Source of the DNA: Eutreptiella sp. 'Long Island Sound 2002'
Taxonomy: Eukaryota > Protista > Euglenida
Assembly: GCA_964036045.1 (NCBI GenBank)
Contig: OZ038378.1
Location: 5,146,001-5,210,000 of the forward strand
Direction: 5' to 3'
Length of the DNA stretch: 64,000 nucleotides
Under the pieces are notes generated by a model. That model was not told the origin of the DNA, made no database searches, and worked only from the letters and a program-made list of their open reading frames with translations. Below are positions 37,801-48,763 of the stretch, piece by piece. The translations under genes and the position numbers were made by a program. Numbering within the stretch: the stretch's first letter is position 1; the number at the start of each line of letters is the position of its first letter.

Positions 37801-39873
37801 CATTTGTGAAAAGACGAAACACATGAAGGACGGCCATGAGAGCATGTTGGAAAGTGAAAGTATGCCGATTTTTGACAATTTTTGGCAAGGAAGTAGAACT
37901 AAAAGGAAAATACATGTGGTGACAAAATGCATTTCTATTCAGCGAAAGCCATGTTCCCATACCAAATTAGTTTTAACAATCGGAAGAGAAATGTTCGTGA
38001 GCCAATAAGTGCATATTCTAGGGCTATTTTTGGCCGGACAAGAGGATCTAGCCCAAATTAAATGCCCAAATATGACCCAAATGCAAGTTTGAATTGTTCC
38101 ACAACGGGCACCAAGGACCCAATTTCTGCACGAAGTAGGTTTGAGATACCCAGGCCGGGTCGTATTATCATTTGACAAGTTCGTCCGCTTTAAACATAGC
38201 CGAGCCTTACCCTCCCACTAGTGCCTCCGGCGAATTCACCCACAAACCTAATAGTGCCAATTTCGAAATTGCGCATCTCCCACTCTGCAAACCTAGGACG
38301 CACTGGGGATGCAACCGGCCAACTAGTGGCCTATCTCTTCCCTCGAGGTCCAAACTTGTCAAACATATTTGGTTGAGAACGTACAACAACGTCAGCATCA
38401 AACCACAACACCATGGCAAGCCAACGATGTTGGCGCCCTAGTTTTGTTAGAACACCTAAAAACAAAGCCTAAAAAGGTGGTTCACCTTTGTTTTTTGCCC
38501 TCTCCGTAGGCCATGCAAAACTGCTGAGACACAATTGTAGCTCCGAAATAGGACGGGCGGACACGAAGGTTCGGGTCGGAGGCAAGGAGATAGCCGTATG
38601 CCGTAGGTGTCGAAGTTGTAGAAGTATGACGATAGAACCAATCACACATGATTACCACGTTTGACCACCATTGGACCCCATTTCCACCCATGAGAGCGCC
38701 CGAGGGGTCAACATTCATGTTTTTCACATCATTTGGACCTTCGTCTTGAATGACAACAATTGAGCAGAAAAGTAACTGTGCTCATCTCTACGGTCACCCA
38801 TTTAAATCACAACAGACGGGCGAAAGTTGCCATCACCACTCACGACCCCACCGTGTCAAGGGCGACCCACCAAAACACGCGACAATGCGGGAAAGCTTCA
38901 GACCATTGGATGGGAGCTGTATTTATTTGTAGTGACACGCGTCACGACTGTCGATTTTACATACATACATACACATCGAGATTGGTAACCGTCGGAAATA
39001 CATCTTGTTTCGACCGTTAGACAAAAGCGAGCGTGATATACCAAGTGCGAAGGACCACCGCACGATCAGCTGCTTGCCGTCGTTGTGTTGTGCTGAAATG
39101 GCGTTTATGTATTCTTGGTGCCTGCTTTTTGTGCACCCTGGTTTGGCTGATTGCCCAATGTGTGAGGGTGTACCACTAGAGACTTCAGATTTTCAGCCTG
39201 TGTCCAGCTGGACGCCCGCGCCTCTGGGTACCCGATTTCAGCCGGGATCGTCGCACTCGCCCACGGTCCCCTGTTGGTGTACACCTGTGCACTGCTATCA
39301 AGCCGTTCACTGTGGTAGGAAAGTACTTCGAAGTACTTTACCGCAGTCAAGTTAATTCCGCAAAATCAGCGGTTTGGGGGGGGCAGGCGGCGTTACGAAA
39401 CCTCCGAAATCTAAATAGTGCACCGGCTGAAGCCACAACTGACAAACACATTCGCAGCTCCTCGGCCTCCAAAATGCCATATATTCCGAGAAATACCCAA
39501 AACTCTTGAACACGCGCGCAAGTCTCATTTGCCGCGGTTTTCCCTTATCCGGGACTAGAGTTAGGGTTAGCACGAGCCACCTATCGCGACGCGTGCATGC
39601 TCGTTTGTTCATTTGTGATACCCACCGGTTTGTTTTTTTGCGAATCCCACCCTCCTCACGGGCGTTGAATCCCTCCACCAAGCACTACGAAACGCCATGT
39701 TCATGATAGTGGATTCTCCCAATCTTTCGGCACACCCCTTTGCCACCCGTTCCACCCTCCAATTTCGTTCATTCCTTGCCGCTTCTTGCAAATTCTTTGT
39801 GCTCATCATGTGGTCGAGGACCGATTTGTGTGCCTTACGAGTGCCACGAACTCTCCCATCTTCCCACCGACAG

Positions 39874-42001
39874 ATGAGTGCAGCATGGACCGCGCGGTTG
39901 CTCGCAGTGGTCGTGGTTGCTTTGGGGGTGGCAATTGCGTTGTTGCAATCAAGGCTTGTGCCCTTCGAAGACCGCCTCGCTGCCATCCCGCCCAATGCGA
40001 CGCACATTGACAATGTCGGCGGATATAGCAGCGCGGCTCATTGGGCCCTTGGGGGGCCCAACACGGGCCTTTACTTGATCAACGGCGCGCGTGTCAACTA
40101 CTTCGAGCGGCATTTGCCACCCAACACACGCACTGTGCCCCCTGTGGCGCGTGTGCTTGACGTGGGTTGCGGGGGTGGCATCGCTAGCAACGCTTTGGCG
40201 CGGCGTGGCTTCGCGGTCACCGGGATCGACCTATCCCCGGGTGCTATTGCATTTGCACAAAATATGAGTGATCGCGAGGGCTTGGGCGCTCTCTACACAA
40301 TCGGATCGGTGTATGACTTGCCGTTCGAGAATGAAACTTTTTCCGCGGTGGTGTGCTCCGACGTCTTCGAACACTTGACGGACCTTCGACCGGCGATTGC
40401 TGAAGCTCACCGCGTGCTCCGCCCCGGGGGCGTTCTGGTCTCCAACTTCCAATTCTTGATGCAAGTTGCCCGTTTGGCCGTCCCATAGGAAAGTGAGCGG
40501 GGGCGAAGAGCTTAATTCCGTGTGTCAACGGGCTTGTTGATTTCAACCTTGAATGAATCGGTCCCTAGAGGGCGTCCCCAATGGACCCAACTTGAGCAAC
40601 GTTCCACAATATACCACCAACCACACACCCATACGCTCCACAATATGCCACCACCCACACCCATACGTGTGCACGTTGATCTAGCCCAGCATTGCAGTAC
40701 CAGGATTGCAGCTGATGCCCAACCCGCGGTGGGTAGTTTGGTGCAGACGGCATTGTATGTGGGCTGCCAAGGGGTGGGTGAAAGTGGAGAATTTCGCAGT
40801 CTCCGAAGGTGGCAAAAGTTTCTAACAATTCCACTACCACACATGAAGAACGAACCATTAGCACATGGCATCGTTGCGATATCGCACATGCGACGGTGTG
40901 TCTCACAAAGTAGAATGGATCCTCAGAAGAACAAAAAGACTGGTCAAAGAACGGCATGGTAGAATTGTCGTGTGGCTCTCTTGTTGGGAAATCCAAGGGT
41001 GGCGAAATCTTCCCTTGTCGCAAAGTCCTTAGGTAGTAGCGGCCGTAGCAACCGGACAGGAAGCGCCGCTTTCAGGGATGTAGGAGACACCGCGCACCGC
41101 ACGGCATTGGAAGCCACCTTGCTCCAATGGCATCCCTAGCGCATCCCGCCAATTCCTATCTTTTGTTGGACACGGGAACGCAACAATACTGCGACGGCAG
41201 TTGTGTTGGTGGTTGTGCGACCGAACCATATCCAGAAGCTGGCTATGGTTGTATACGCAACCGGAAGGTTGATAGATACGAAGTGGCCCCACGTTTTGGC
41301 CAAAGCCTTGGAGACAAGGACAACGGTGGATGACATCAGTTGCACACCATGTGACGAGCCTTTTGAAGAGGAACGGTCGTCCAACTATTCACAGCCCACC
41401 CTGTTGAGATTGAGCGTGTGGATGATGGGTGCTGCATTTGTGAAAGCTGTTTGAGTGTGTGGCATTGTGAGTAGCTGGATGGGTGGAGGTGCAGCGGGTG
41501 TGCCGTGCCTGGATGTTTGCATGGTATTGGTTATGGTGGTGGTCATGGGAGTGATGGTTTCGGTTGTGTGGCATCATGTGTGTGGTTGGGGAGGGCCTGA
41601 ACCAGGCCAATTGAGCTTTGCCAACACGGTCAGTCCCTCTCTTACCCATCTATCATTCACACTAACGCCATTCGTGCCATCTCTTTCAGATATTCGATAC
41701 TATCCATCGGACGAGGCTCAGTTACCTCTTGGCAATCTTCGCGATGGAGGACGTTTTGGGGATCCTTTCCCCGAACACCCACGACTGGCGGTTGTTTGTG
41801 ACACCTGAGGAATTGGAGCGGGCCCTAGCGCAACAGTTCCAGCTGCAGGAAGTCATTGGGATACGGCCAGAGCTCGGGGCTGTGGTATCGTTGGTGCTAT
41901 GGGGACTGGGGCTGATTGAAGCAGAGGGGTTGTGGGGTGGCTTCGTGGTCGGTGGACCGCCCTGGGTGAACTACATCGGCTACGCGACGAAGCTGCACTG
42001 A
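39874..42001 (+). CDS. UbiG/COQ3-like SAM-dependent O-methyltransferase with N-terminal signal anchor. Exons 39874-40437 and 41690-42001
   Basis: LYLINGARVNYF, VLDVGCGGG, GIDLS, DVFEHL, LRPGGVL|IFDTIHRT...THDWRLFVTPEEL. GT-AG intron in phase 0. CAG immediately precedes the ATG. Confidence 0.85.
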
Positions 42002-44478
42002 AAACCCTGTGAAATTTCAATGCAATATTTTCAGGGACTGCCACATCTCTCGACGTAGCCTGTGTGGGGGCGCCATGGCAGTGTCTGCAAGCATTCGCTA
42101 GCCCCCCCCCCCTCCCGCCCCTCCGAATCAGAGTCTTCTGATTTCGTGCTTCTGTTTCTCTTGAAGGGAAGCGACAAAGGGACAATAAAGCCGGCGATGT
42201 AACAATGGAGGGTCCACCGCCAGTTCTTGCCCCCTGTTGAGCTCAGGAACCTGCAGACTCTGCCCCCCGAAACCCAAAACATAGCCCAACCCACTGTCCA
42301 TAACCTGCTTCCCAATAACGATGGACAGAATATCGCACAGTCCATGCAATCTTCCTGAGGGTATTGTTCACTCATCAACATGATGTCCGATTCTTTTGGA
42401 TGTCCTGTTCAGGAGAGATGGGGGAGTTCCAGACAGGCTGGTTCGGTGCCGCGTAGTGCCAGCGGTGTCCAGTGCCTTTGTGTGACCTATTGTTGATCGA
42501 GGTGCTATTGAGAGGGCAAGCTGCTCACTGTGGCAGCAGACTGCCCCCAAGGCGTTCACTCCCCTCCCGGCACCTGCAGGCTTCACACAGCCAGTCCCAT
42601 GACTGTAAGGGTGCTACCTCTTCCTGGCTGAGCCTGTAACCAGAGCACAGTGGAGTACAGGCAGGGTATCATCACATTCACAGGAGCCACTACTTAGCAC
42701 TGGCACACTGCCTTGAGTGTCACGCTGCACAGGGCAGACCCAGGGTTCCCACAGCCTCTCCAATGACGGGCCGTTATCGAATCGCAAGCAGCTCAAAGTC
42801 AGGGGACACACCAACAGGGCTCCCTCTAATGCGCTGCCTCAGGGGGTGAGGCCCTGCGCACTGCAACAGTCACCACACAACGCTTGTGTCAGTGGCAGTG
42901 CAGTGTTGCCGTGCAGTGTTGTTCAGTCACAGCATTTGGCCAAACGGCAGGGTCAAGTATGTTACATGGAGTGCCCAATGCCGTGCATCAATGCATGGCA
43001 AGCCTCTTGAAGGGGGTTTTACTTTGCACTGAGAGAAGCGCAACGGAACCCTCCAGACACTAGTCCATTTGGTCTTTTGGCAGACCAGAGGAGTTTGAGT
43101 AATTCAAAGTGCCTGTGAGCTCCCACTGCACGCCCAATGTGGTGCATCAGAACTGGACAAATATGTAACATGGGGGCTGCACTTGCAATGCCATCAGCTC
43201 AATTCTCAAGCAGGAGGATAACTCCCACCCCTCCTACGCGGGGACATTCCGTCAATCAGCACCGACCCCAATCGAGCCCCCCACAGGTGCAAGCCCTCCA
43301 CCCCTCCTCACCAACTTTTCGTGGTATTCATGTGTATTTGTATACACGGGGGCCCCACAGTGTTGCCTTGTGCATAGTGTTTACAAACCACAGACGATGC
43401 AGCGTCTGAAGGTTGCACATTCCCCCCCCATCCCCCCCCCCAAAATCAGCCAGCAGTCGGGGCTTTCTGCAGATGTGGGTTCCAAAGACAAGAGCATGCA
43501 TCACATGAAGCACAAAGCAATTGATACATCCTTGTATGGGGACCTGGCATAGCCAACTACCGTTTGGGGTCAAATTAGGACCCTTGCACGGCCTACTTTG
43601 TGCATACCACCTGAACACGTGTACATGGCGCACGCACCAACTCAACTGAACTTTCATTTGCAGTCGGGCCACAAGCCAGTACACCCTGACCCAAAGGTTT
43701 GCTCTCGCCCTCTACCATTCCAACACAGTCCTCAAGGTGCTGCAAACCTCCTTACCCCCAGGCAGCGTACTTGTAACCTTGCCCCATGGCCATGGTGGGG
43801 GTCTAGCACTATCCTATAGTTCTCAATGCATCATGATGCAGGGGTTACGGTACTCAGCATGGCGCCAGCACCTGTACATCTCGCTGCCGCAAACCGCAAA
43901 CCGACCGGTGTCGTGTTGCCAGGCACCAGTCCATTCTCACTTTGTTGGCAGAAAGGTACCCATGGTCACTGACGAGCATCTGTTTTATGTGCTGCCGGTG
44001 CGTGCCATCGCACTGCTATGACACAGCTTTCCAATGGGGGGGTGAGGTGTGTGGGTGGAGGGGGGGAATTTGTGAAGGTGTGTGGAGGGGAGGCGGATCT
44101 GTCTGGGGGAGAGACGTTTTGCATACCACTGGCTGATTTGGGTGGGCACTTGTGCACCCAGATCGGCAGCCCATTTGTCGTGCAGAGTGGCCTGGTTTGC
44201 ATGTGATATGTGATGGGAAGGTTGAATTGGGGTCAATATGGGCACCTAGGGTACAGAAATAGGACGTCAAGTCCGTCATGTCGGCTGCAGATGTTCACTG
44301 CATGTGTGGCTCTGCTCCGCACTGATTTGCATAGATTACTGACATATATTGAGCACAAACGACCATTGAGCCACCCCTTCCAAACGCGGTTCCGCAGTGT
44401 CCCTCACCACCCTCTCTAACATTCCCAAACCTCCTGATTCCAACAACCCCCACCCTCTGCCCCCCCCCCCCCCCCGCG

Positions 44479-45083
44479 CCTACTCCCCCGTGCACCCACG
44501 CATCCCCCACAACCCCCGTCCGCGCAGCAAAGGCATGAAGGAGAGGGTAGGGGGTTTGTGTTGCGCTCGCCAAAGGATGGACTGAGCGCGGGAACTTGGA
44601 GGAGAAAGGTTGTTATGTGCCCCCGTCGGGGAAACGACCCCGCAAGTGGCCATCCCAGGGCCCACCAGCCGCCGTTGGGGAGAGGTACCTCACCGCCGGC
44701 TTGGGATGGCCGCTTGGACGCACCTGGCCAACGGCGAAGGCATTTGCCTTCCTCTGCGTGGACTCGACGCAGAGAAGTGAAACAGGGCAAGTCCGGGGGC
44801 TCCGTTGGCACAACCGACCAAGGGAAAGGGAAGGGAAGGAGTGTGGTGAGGCCGATGGGCACGGTGGCCTACAGAGGGAAAGGCCAAGGGAAGGGAAAGG
44901 GGAGGGGAGAGGGAAGGTTAGGGCAAGGAGGAAGAGGAAGGTCAAACGGTGGTGAGAAGCTGATGGGCACCACCGCCTATGGAGGGAAAGGGTCCAAGGG
45001 AAGGGCAGCGAATGGCGATCGGCCAGTAGGCGCCGCCAGCTGCAGACGAGATCATCACACCATGGCGTCATGCCAAAACCCCC
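44479..45083 (+). repeat. 605-bp direct repeat (pseudo-LTR-like) copy 1
   Basis: CCTACTCCCCCGTG...CATGCCAAAACCCCC; matches 49768-50372 and 55056-55660. Confidence 0.95.
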
Positions 45084-45295
45084 ACATACCACGCCTGACG
45101 TGGAGTGCCCCCACACGGGGGCTGTATGGCGCGAAAGGCGCTCTACGTGCAGAAGAAGAGGCACGACAACAACCCCGTTGGTCACAAAGCCATGGAGCGG
45201 AAGCGTCGGAGCATTGGAGAGAAGTGAGGTGTGGAAAAGGATAGGACACGAGATGGAGCAAGGGTGGAAAGGGAACATGGCTGCCAGAAGCAGGA

Positions 45296-48200
45296 TTGAA
45301 GGTGACCAACTATTGGGGTGCTCTATATAGGAGGACGGCCCAAAAAGGAAAAGGCAAGGGAACCCTCGGAAGGCGAGGAACGGTTGACCCAGGTTGGGTG
45401 AATGATGAGGAGGGCGGAGGAGTTCGCTTGCAGAGCCAAACACCGGAATTGGGAAGGAGAAAAGGGATAGGGAAGGGGAAGGGAGGAAAAGGCAAAGGGA
45501 AGGGGAGACAACACGTGGAACACACAGAAGCAAGGAGTGGAAGAGGAATCCGGCTGAGGATCCAGCATCAGCATCACCGAGGAATGGAACGCACCGAGGA
45601 AAGGAGAAGTAGGGGAATGGAAAGGAGGATGCACTATCCATGGTACAAAGAGAAGGTACCACTACAACGAACAACAGTGGAAGGAGAGGTGAGATGGACA
45701 TGGCAGCAGCATTTTGAGGATTGCCGCAGAGTTTGGCGAGAAGGTCCCAAAACACAAAAGTTGCGTCGATTGTGGCAACTAATAAAGGAAGAACAATGGA
45801 AATGGAGGACAAGTGGACAAGAACATCGGATCCCAAGATGGGAAGAGGAAGGAGTGGCGGAAGCATACATGATGTACCACAAGCCGACAGGCAAAGCGTA
45901 CGCGGGAGTAGCGTACAATGGACACCAAGCACGGTTAAAGAAGAGATGGAGCAACCGTTGGGGGGATGAAGACTTGGTAAGTAGGGTGATGAGAACAAGT
46001 GAATCAATGGCGGATTGGATAGTATGGCCCGTGGAGAGGTTTCCCGGACAACGAAGAGGGCACATGGCGTTTTGGAGGAGGTCAAGCATGAGGGAGGGGT
46101 TTTGGGCCACACACTTGGAATGTTGGTGGCCAAAAGGGTTCAATGAGGGAACGACAGGAGGGGAGCACAGGGAAGGGGCCAGAAGGGATTGGGCACACAG
46201 AAGGTACACATTCCAGAGGGCGCACAGGGAAGGTTTGGTGACCTCGGAGGAGGCGAAATCAAGACGAACAAAGCCACAACCAAGAAAGGGTGAATGGCAA
46301 GTGGAGCTCCCCAAGGACATATTGGAGACATGGAACCAAGCAGTCCGGGAAGCGGCAAGCCAAGGGAAAGAGACCATGGGATTGTTGTGGGGGACAAGGA
46401 CCGAAAATGGGGTCAAAGTAGGGGGTCTACACATACCAAGACACGACGTACAAACAAGCCACCACTGTGCAGTGGGAGATGAGGCGCTCACAGAGGCGGT
46501 CAGTTGGGGCGCATCCTTGGGAGGAAAATTGGTTGGTTGGATACACACGCATCCAGGACATGTGCCGGTGCTATCAGCCTTGGACGTGTGCACCCTCAAC
46601 ACAATTGGCCAAACGCTATGGTCAATTATACCGGAAGGAGGCCCAGCAGTTGGAGTGGTGCAAAGTTGGACCTCTCCAGCGGATGAAGTGGCGTGTGCCC
46701 CACTGAAGGGGGGTCTAAAGGCCTACACAATGTCCGTCTTGGGCATGGAGGTGGCAAACAGATGTGCCGCAATCCGCCGAAAGAAACCGGGAGTGGATCA
46801 CCGGTATCACGAACATCTTGCTGGAGTTTGGGATGATGATGACCCTCACCCGGTTGGGAGGGAGCCGGAGGAAGTGCCGGTGGTCCTCGTGGAGGCCGAG
46901 GATGGTGGTTGTATGGACATGGGAAACAACAGGTGGTGGACCAAATGGTTGGGAGCAGGAAGCACACCTAAGGAAAAGGAGAACACCAAGCCCGCCAACA
47001 ATGAGGAGAGTGATAGCAGCACGAGCAGCAACGGGATAGCGAGCACGGTCGGACCAGAAGCTTGGTCGCAAAAGCGTGGTCCCAAGCACGCATGTGGGCT
47101 ATGCTGCAGACCGTTGAGGGCCAAGGAGGGAGCAGTGAGGTGCAGCCAGGGGCACTGGATGCACTTGAAGTGTGCTGGGGTCACTGTCTCCCAGGCGAAG
47201 AAGGTGTTCCGCAGCAACAGGGTGTTCCAGTGTAGGTGCAGAAAGGCAAGGCCAGCCAAATGGTTGCGGGAGGAAAGAGAGAGGCACAAGCAGAGGAGGA
47301 GAGAACAACGCAGCAAAGCGAGGAAGGCAGGGGTGGCGCCGGAGGAACAACCCCCCAAGCCACAAGCACGGGCCGAACCACAGCAAAGTGACTCCGAGAG
47401 ACCGGAAGTGGTTGGAGTGGATGGCCATCGCATTGTTCTCGGGGGAAGAGTAGCACTAACAGGCATGAAGAAAAAGATGGAATTGGAGGGGAAGACAGGT
47501 GAGGTTGAAAGCATCATCCAGGAACAAGGAAAAGTAAGACTCCGAATGGACTGTGGCAGAAGGGTTTTGGTGTCATTGGATAGGGTCAGGGTGCAAGAGG
47601 TGGAGCACATGGGAGGCGCCGAGGACTCAAAAGCTGCCCAACAACAACAGCACGGGGAAGAAACAAAAGGACGCGGGGTGGCGGGAGACAATGAACCGCA
47701 CGGAAGAAAGGAGGAAAGGAGTGAAGAAGGAGAGATGGGAGGGCAGGAAGAAACATTTGAACTATGGAATGGGGTGAGGCTAGTAGGGATGAGACAACCG
47801 GAGTTGGAGGGCCACAAGGGGGTGTTGGAGGAGATCTACAAGGACAAAGTGCAAGTGTTGTTAGTGGGAGGGATGCGCCGAGTAAAAGTGGACAAGAAGA
47901 AGGTGGTCCCGGAGGTAGTTGAGCCCGTTGAGGTGCTGCCCCCGGGTTTTGAAGGATGGAGCTTTCTTGAACAGATTGGAGTGGGTAGTGCACCCACCAT
48001 GGATGAAGTGAAGGCCGCATACAAAAAGTGGGTGTTGCGGTTACATCCGGACAAGAACATGAACAACATTGCCAAAGCCACCCACCTGTTCAAAAGGTTG
48101 ACCTCCGGCTACGAGGGATGGAAAAGTGCGCCCGGGGTGACACCGCCAAGGCCGGCGGAGGAACCACCCAACTACCAGTTCAACCCCACATACTTTCGAT

Positions 48201-48763
48201 CCAATTTCTGCAACAGCACAAGTTCGGCGGGGCAAACAGCCCCGGAGGAAGCGCCACCAAGTGCCAAAAACCCAGAAACGGAGGGCGATGGAGAGGGTTT
48301 TTGGTCTTTCTTGTGGGGAAGCAAAAGGCCCGGTCGTTCCGAACATGCGAGTGGAATGGGGGCTAGCCACGGTGAGGGTACACCGAAGGGCGCACCGCCA
48401 CCGGGGTCGGGAACGCAACGGACCCGGCGCCTCTTGTTCCATGAGAAGTTCCGGTGGCACACGCACCACGTCCGCGCCATCCAAGCGGACCGGATCCTCG
48501 CTGAGAAAAGGAGGAGAGGGTGGTTCTCCGACTACCCCGAGGCAGGAAGCAACATGTACTTATTGGCACCAGACCAGGTGAACAAAGTGCGAGTGCTAGC
48601 CTCAACGGTATGGGTGCCGGAGGTGAGACGTTGGGAGCCGGAGGTGTTCATCATCGGGGAGGGCATCAACTTCACAGTGGAGGACACAACCAGGTTGATG
48701 CAAAACTTGCACAGGGCAAACGTGATTGCCGAGCAAGTAGGCATCCGGCTGTACAAGGAGTAG
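45296..48763 (+). CDS. Element ORF2, 1155 aa: GIY-YIG nuclease (45851-46146), AMSH-like JAMM/MPN+ (46295-46820), PHD-like finger (47093-47239), two KOW-like domains (47428-47590, 47755-47910), J-domain (47966-48116), unknown C-terminus
   Basis: Motifs EAYMMY..TGKAYAG...R...REGFW...PKGFN; KETMGLL...WIHTHPGHVPVLSALD; CGLC..C..H..H..C..CRC; EVKAAYKKWVLRLHPDKN. The true start codon is uncertain (the ORF is called from TTG). Confidence 0.85.
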   Translation: MKVTNYWGALYRRTAQKGKGKGTLGRRGTVDPGWVNDEEGGGVRLQSQTPELGRRKGIGKGKGGKGKGKGRQHVEHTEARSGRGIRLRIQHQHHRGMERTEERRSRGMERRMHYPWYKEKVPLQRTTVEGEVRWTWQQHFEDCRRVWREGPKTQKLRRLWQLIKEEQWKWRTSGQEHRIPRWEEEGVAEAYMMYHKPTGKAYAGVAYNGHQARLKKRWSNRWGDEDLVSRVMRTSESMADWIVWPVERFPGQRRGHMAFWRRSSMREGFWATHLECWWPKGFNEGTTGGEHREGARRDWAHRRYTFQRAHREGLVTSEEAKSRRTKPQPRKGEWQVELPKDILETWNQAVREAASQGKETMGLLWGTRTENGVKVGGLHIPRHDVQTSHHCAVGDEALTEAVSWGASLGGKLVGWIHTHPGHVPVLSALDVCTLNTIGQTLWSIIPEGGPAVGVVQSWTSPADEVACAPLKGGLKAYTMSVLGMEVANRCAAIRRKKPGVDHRYHEHLAGVWDDDDPHPVGREPEEVPVVLVEAEDGGCMDMGNNRWWTKWLGAGSTPKEKENTKPANNEESDSSTSSNGIASTVGPEAWSQKRGPKHACGLCCRPLRAKEGAVRCSQGHWMHLKCAGVTVSQAKKVFRSNRVFQCRCRKARPAKWLREERERHKQRRREQRSKARKAGVAPEEQPPKPQARAEPQQSDSERPEVVGVDGHRIVLGGRVALTGMKKKMELEGKTGEVESIIQEQGKVRLRMDCGRRVLVSLDRVRVQEVEHMGGAEDSKAAQQQQHGEETKGRGVAGDNEPHGRKEERSEEGEMGGQEETFELWNGVRLVGMRQPELEGHKGVLEEIYKDKVQVLLVGGMRRVKVDKKKVVPEVVEPVEVLPPGFEGWSFLEQIGVGSAPTMDEVKAAYKKWVLRLHPDKNMNNIAKATHLFKRLTSGYEGWKSAPGVTPPRPAEEPPNYQFNPTYFRSNFCNSTSSAGQTAPEEAPPSAKNPETEGDGEGFWSFLWGSKRPGRSEHASGMGASHGEGTPKGAPPPGSGTQRTRRLLFHEKFRWHTHHVRAIQADRILAEKRRRGWFSDYPEAGSNMYLLAPDQVNKVRVLASTVWVPEVRRWEPEVFIIGEGINFTVEDTTRLMQNLHRANVIAEQVGIRLYKE

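Noticed and set aside
35300-41500. Possible KDZ/CxC-type transposase debris at 35.8-38.7 kb and 40.5-41.4 kb
   Set aside because: Cys-rich fragments only; the diagnostic motifs could not be assembled, so no family call was made.
44479-45083. Hammerhead ribozyme in the terminal repeat (CTGATGG...GAAA at about 44960-44990)
   Set aside because: The core is CUGAUGG rather than CUGANGA, and no stem II closes before GAAA.
44613-46602. Long minus-strand ORFs (506 aa, 322 aa, and their copies at 49902 and 50923)
   Set aside because: Antisense shadows of the purine-rich coding strand, P/S/L/F-rich with no motifs.
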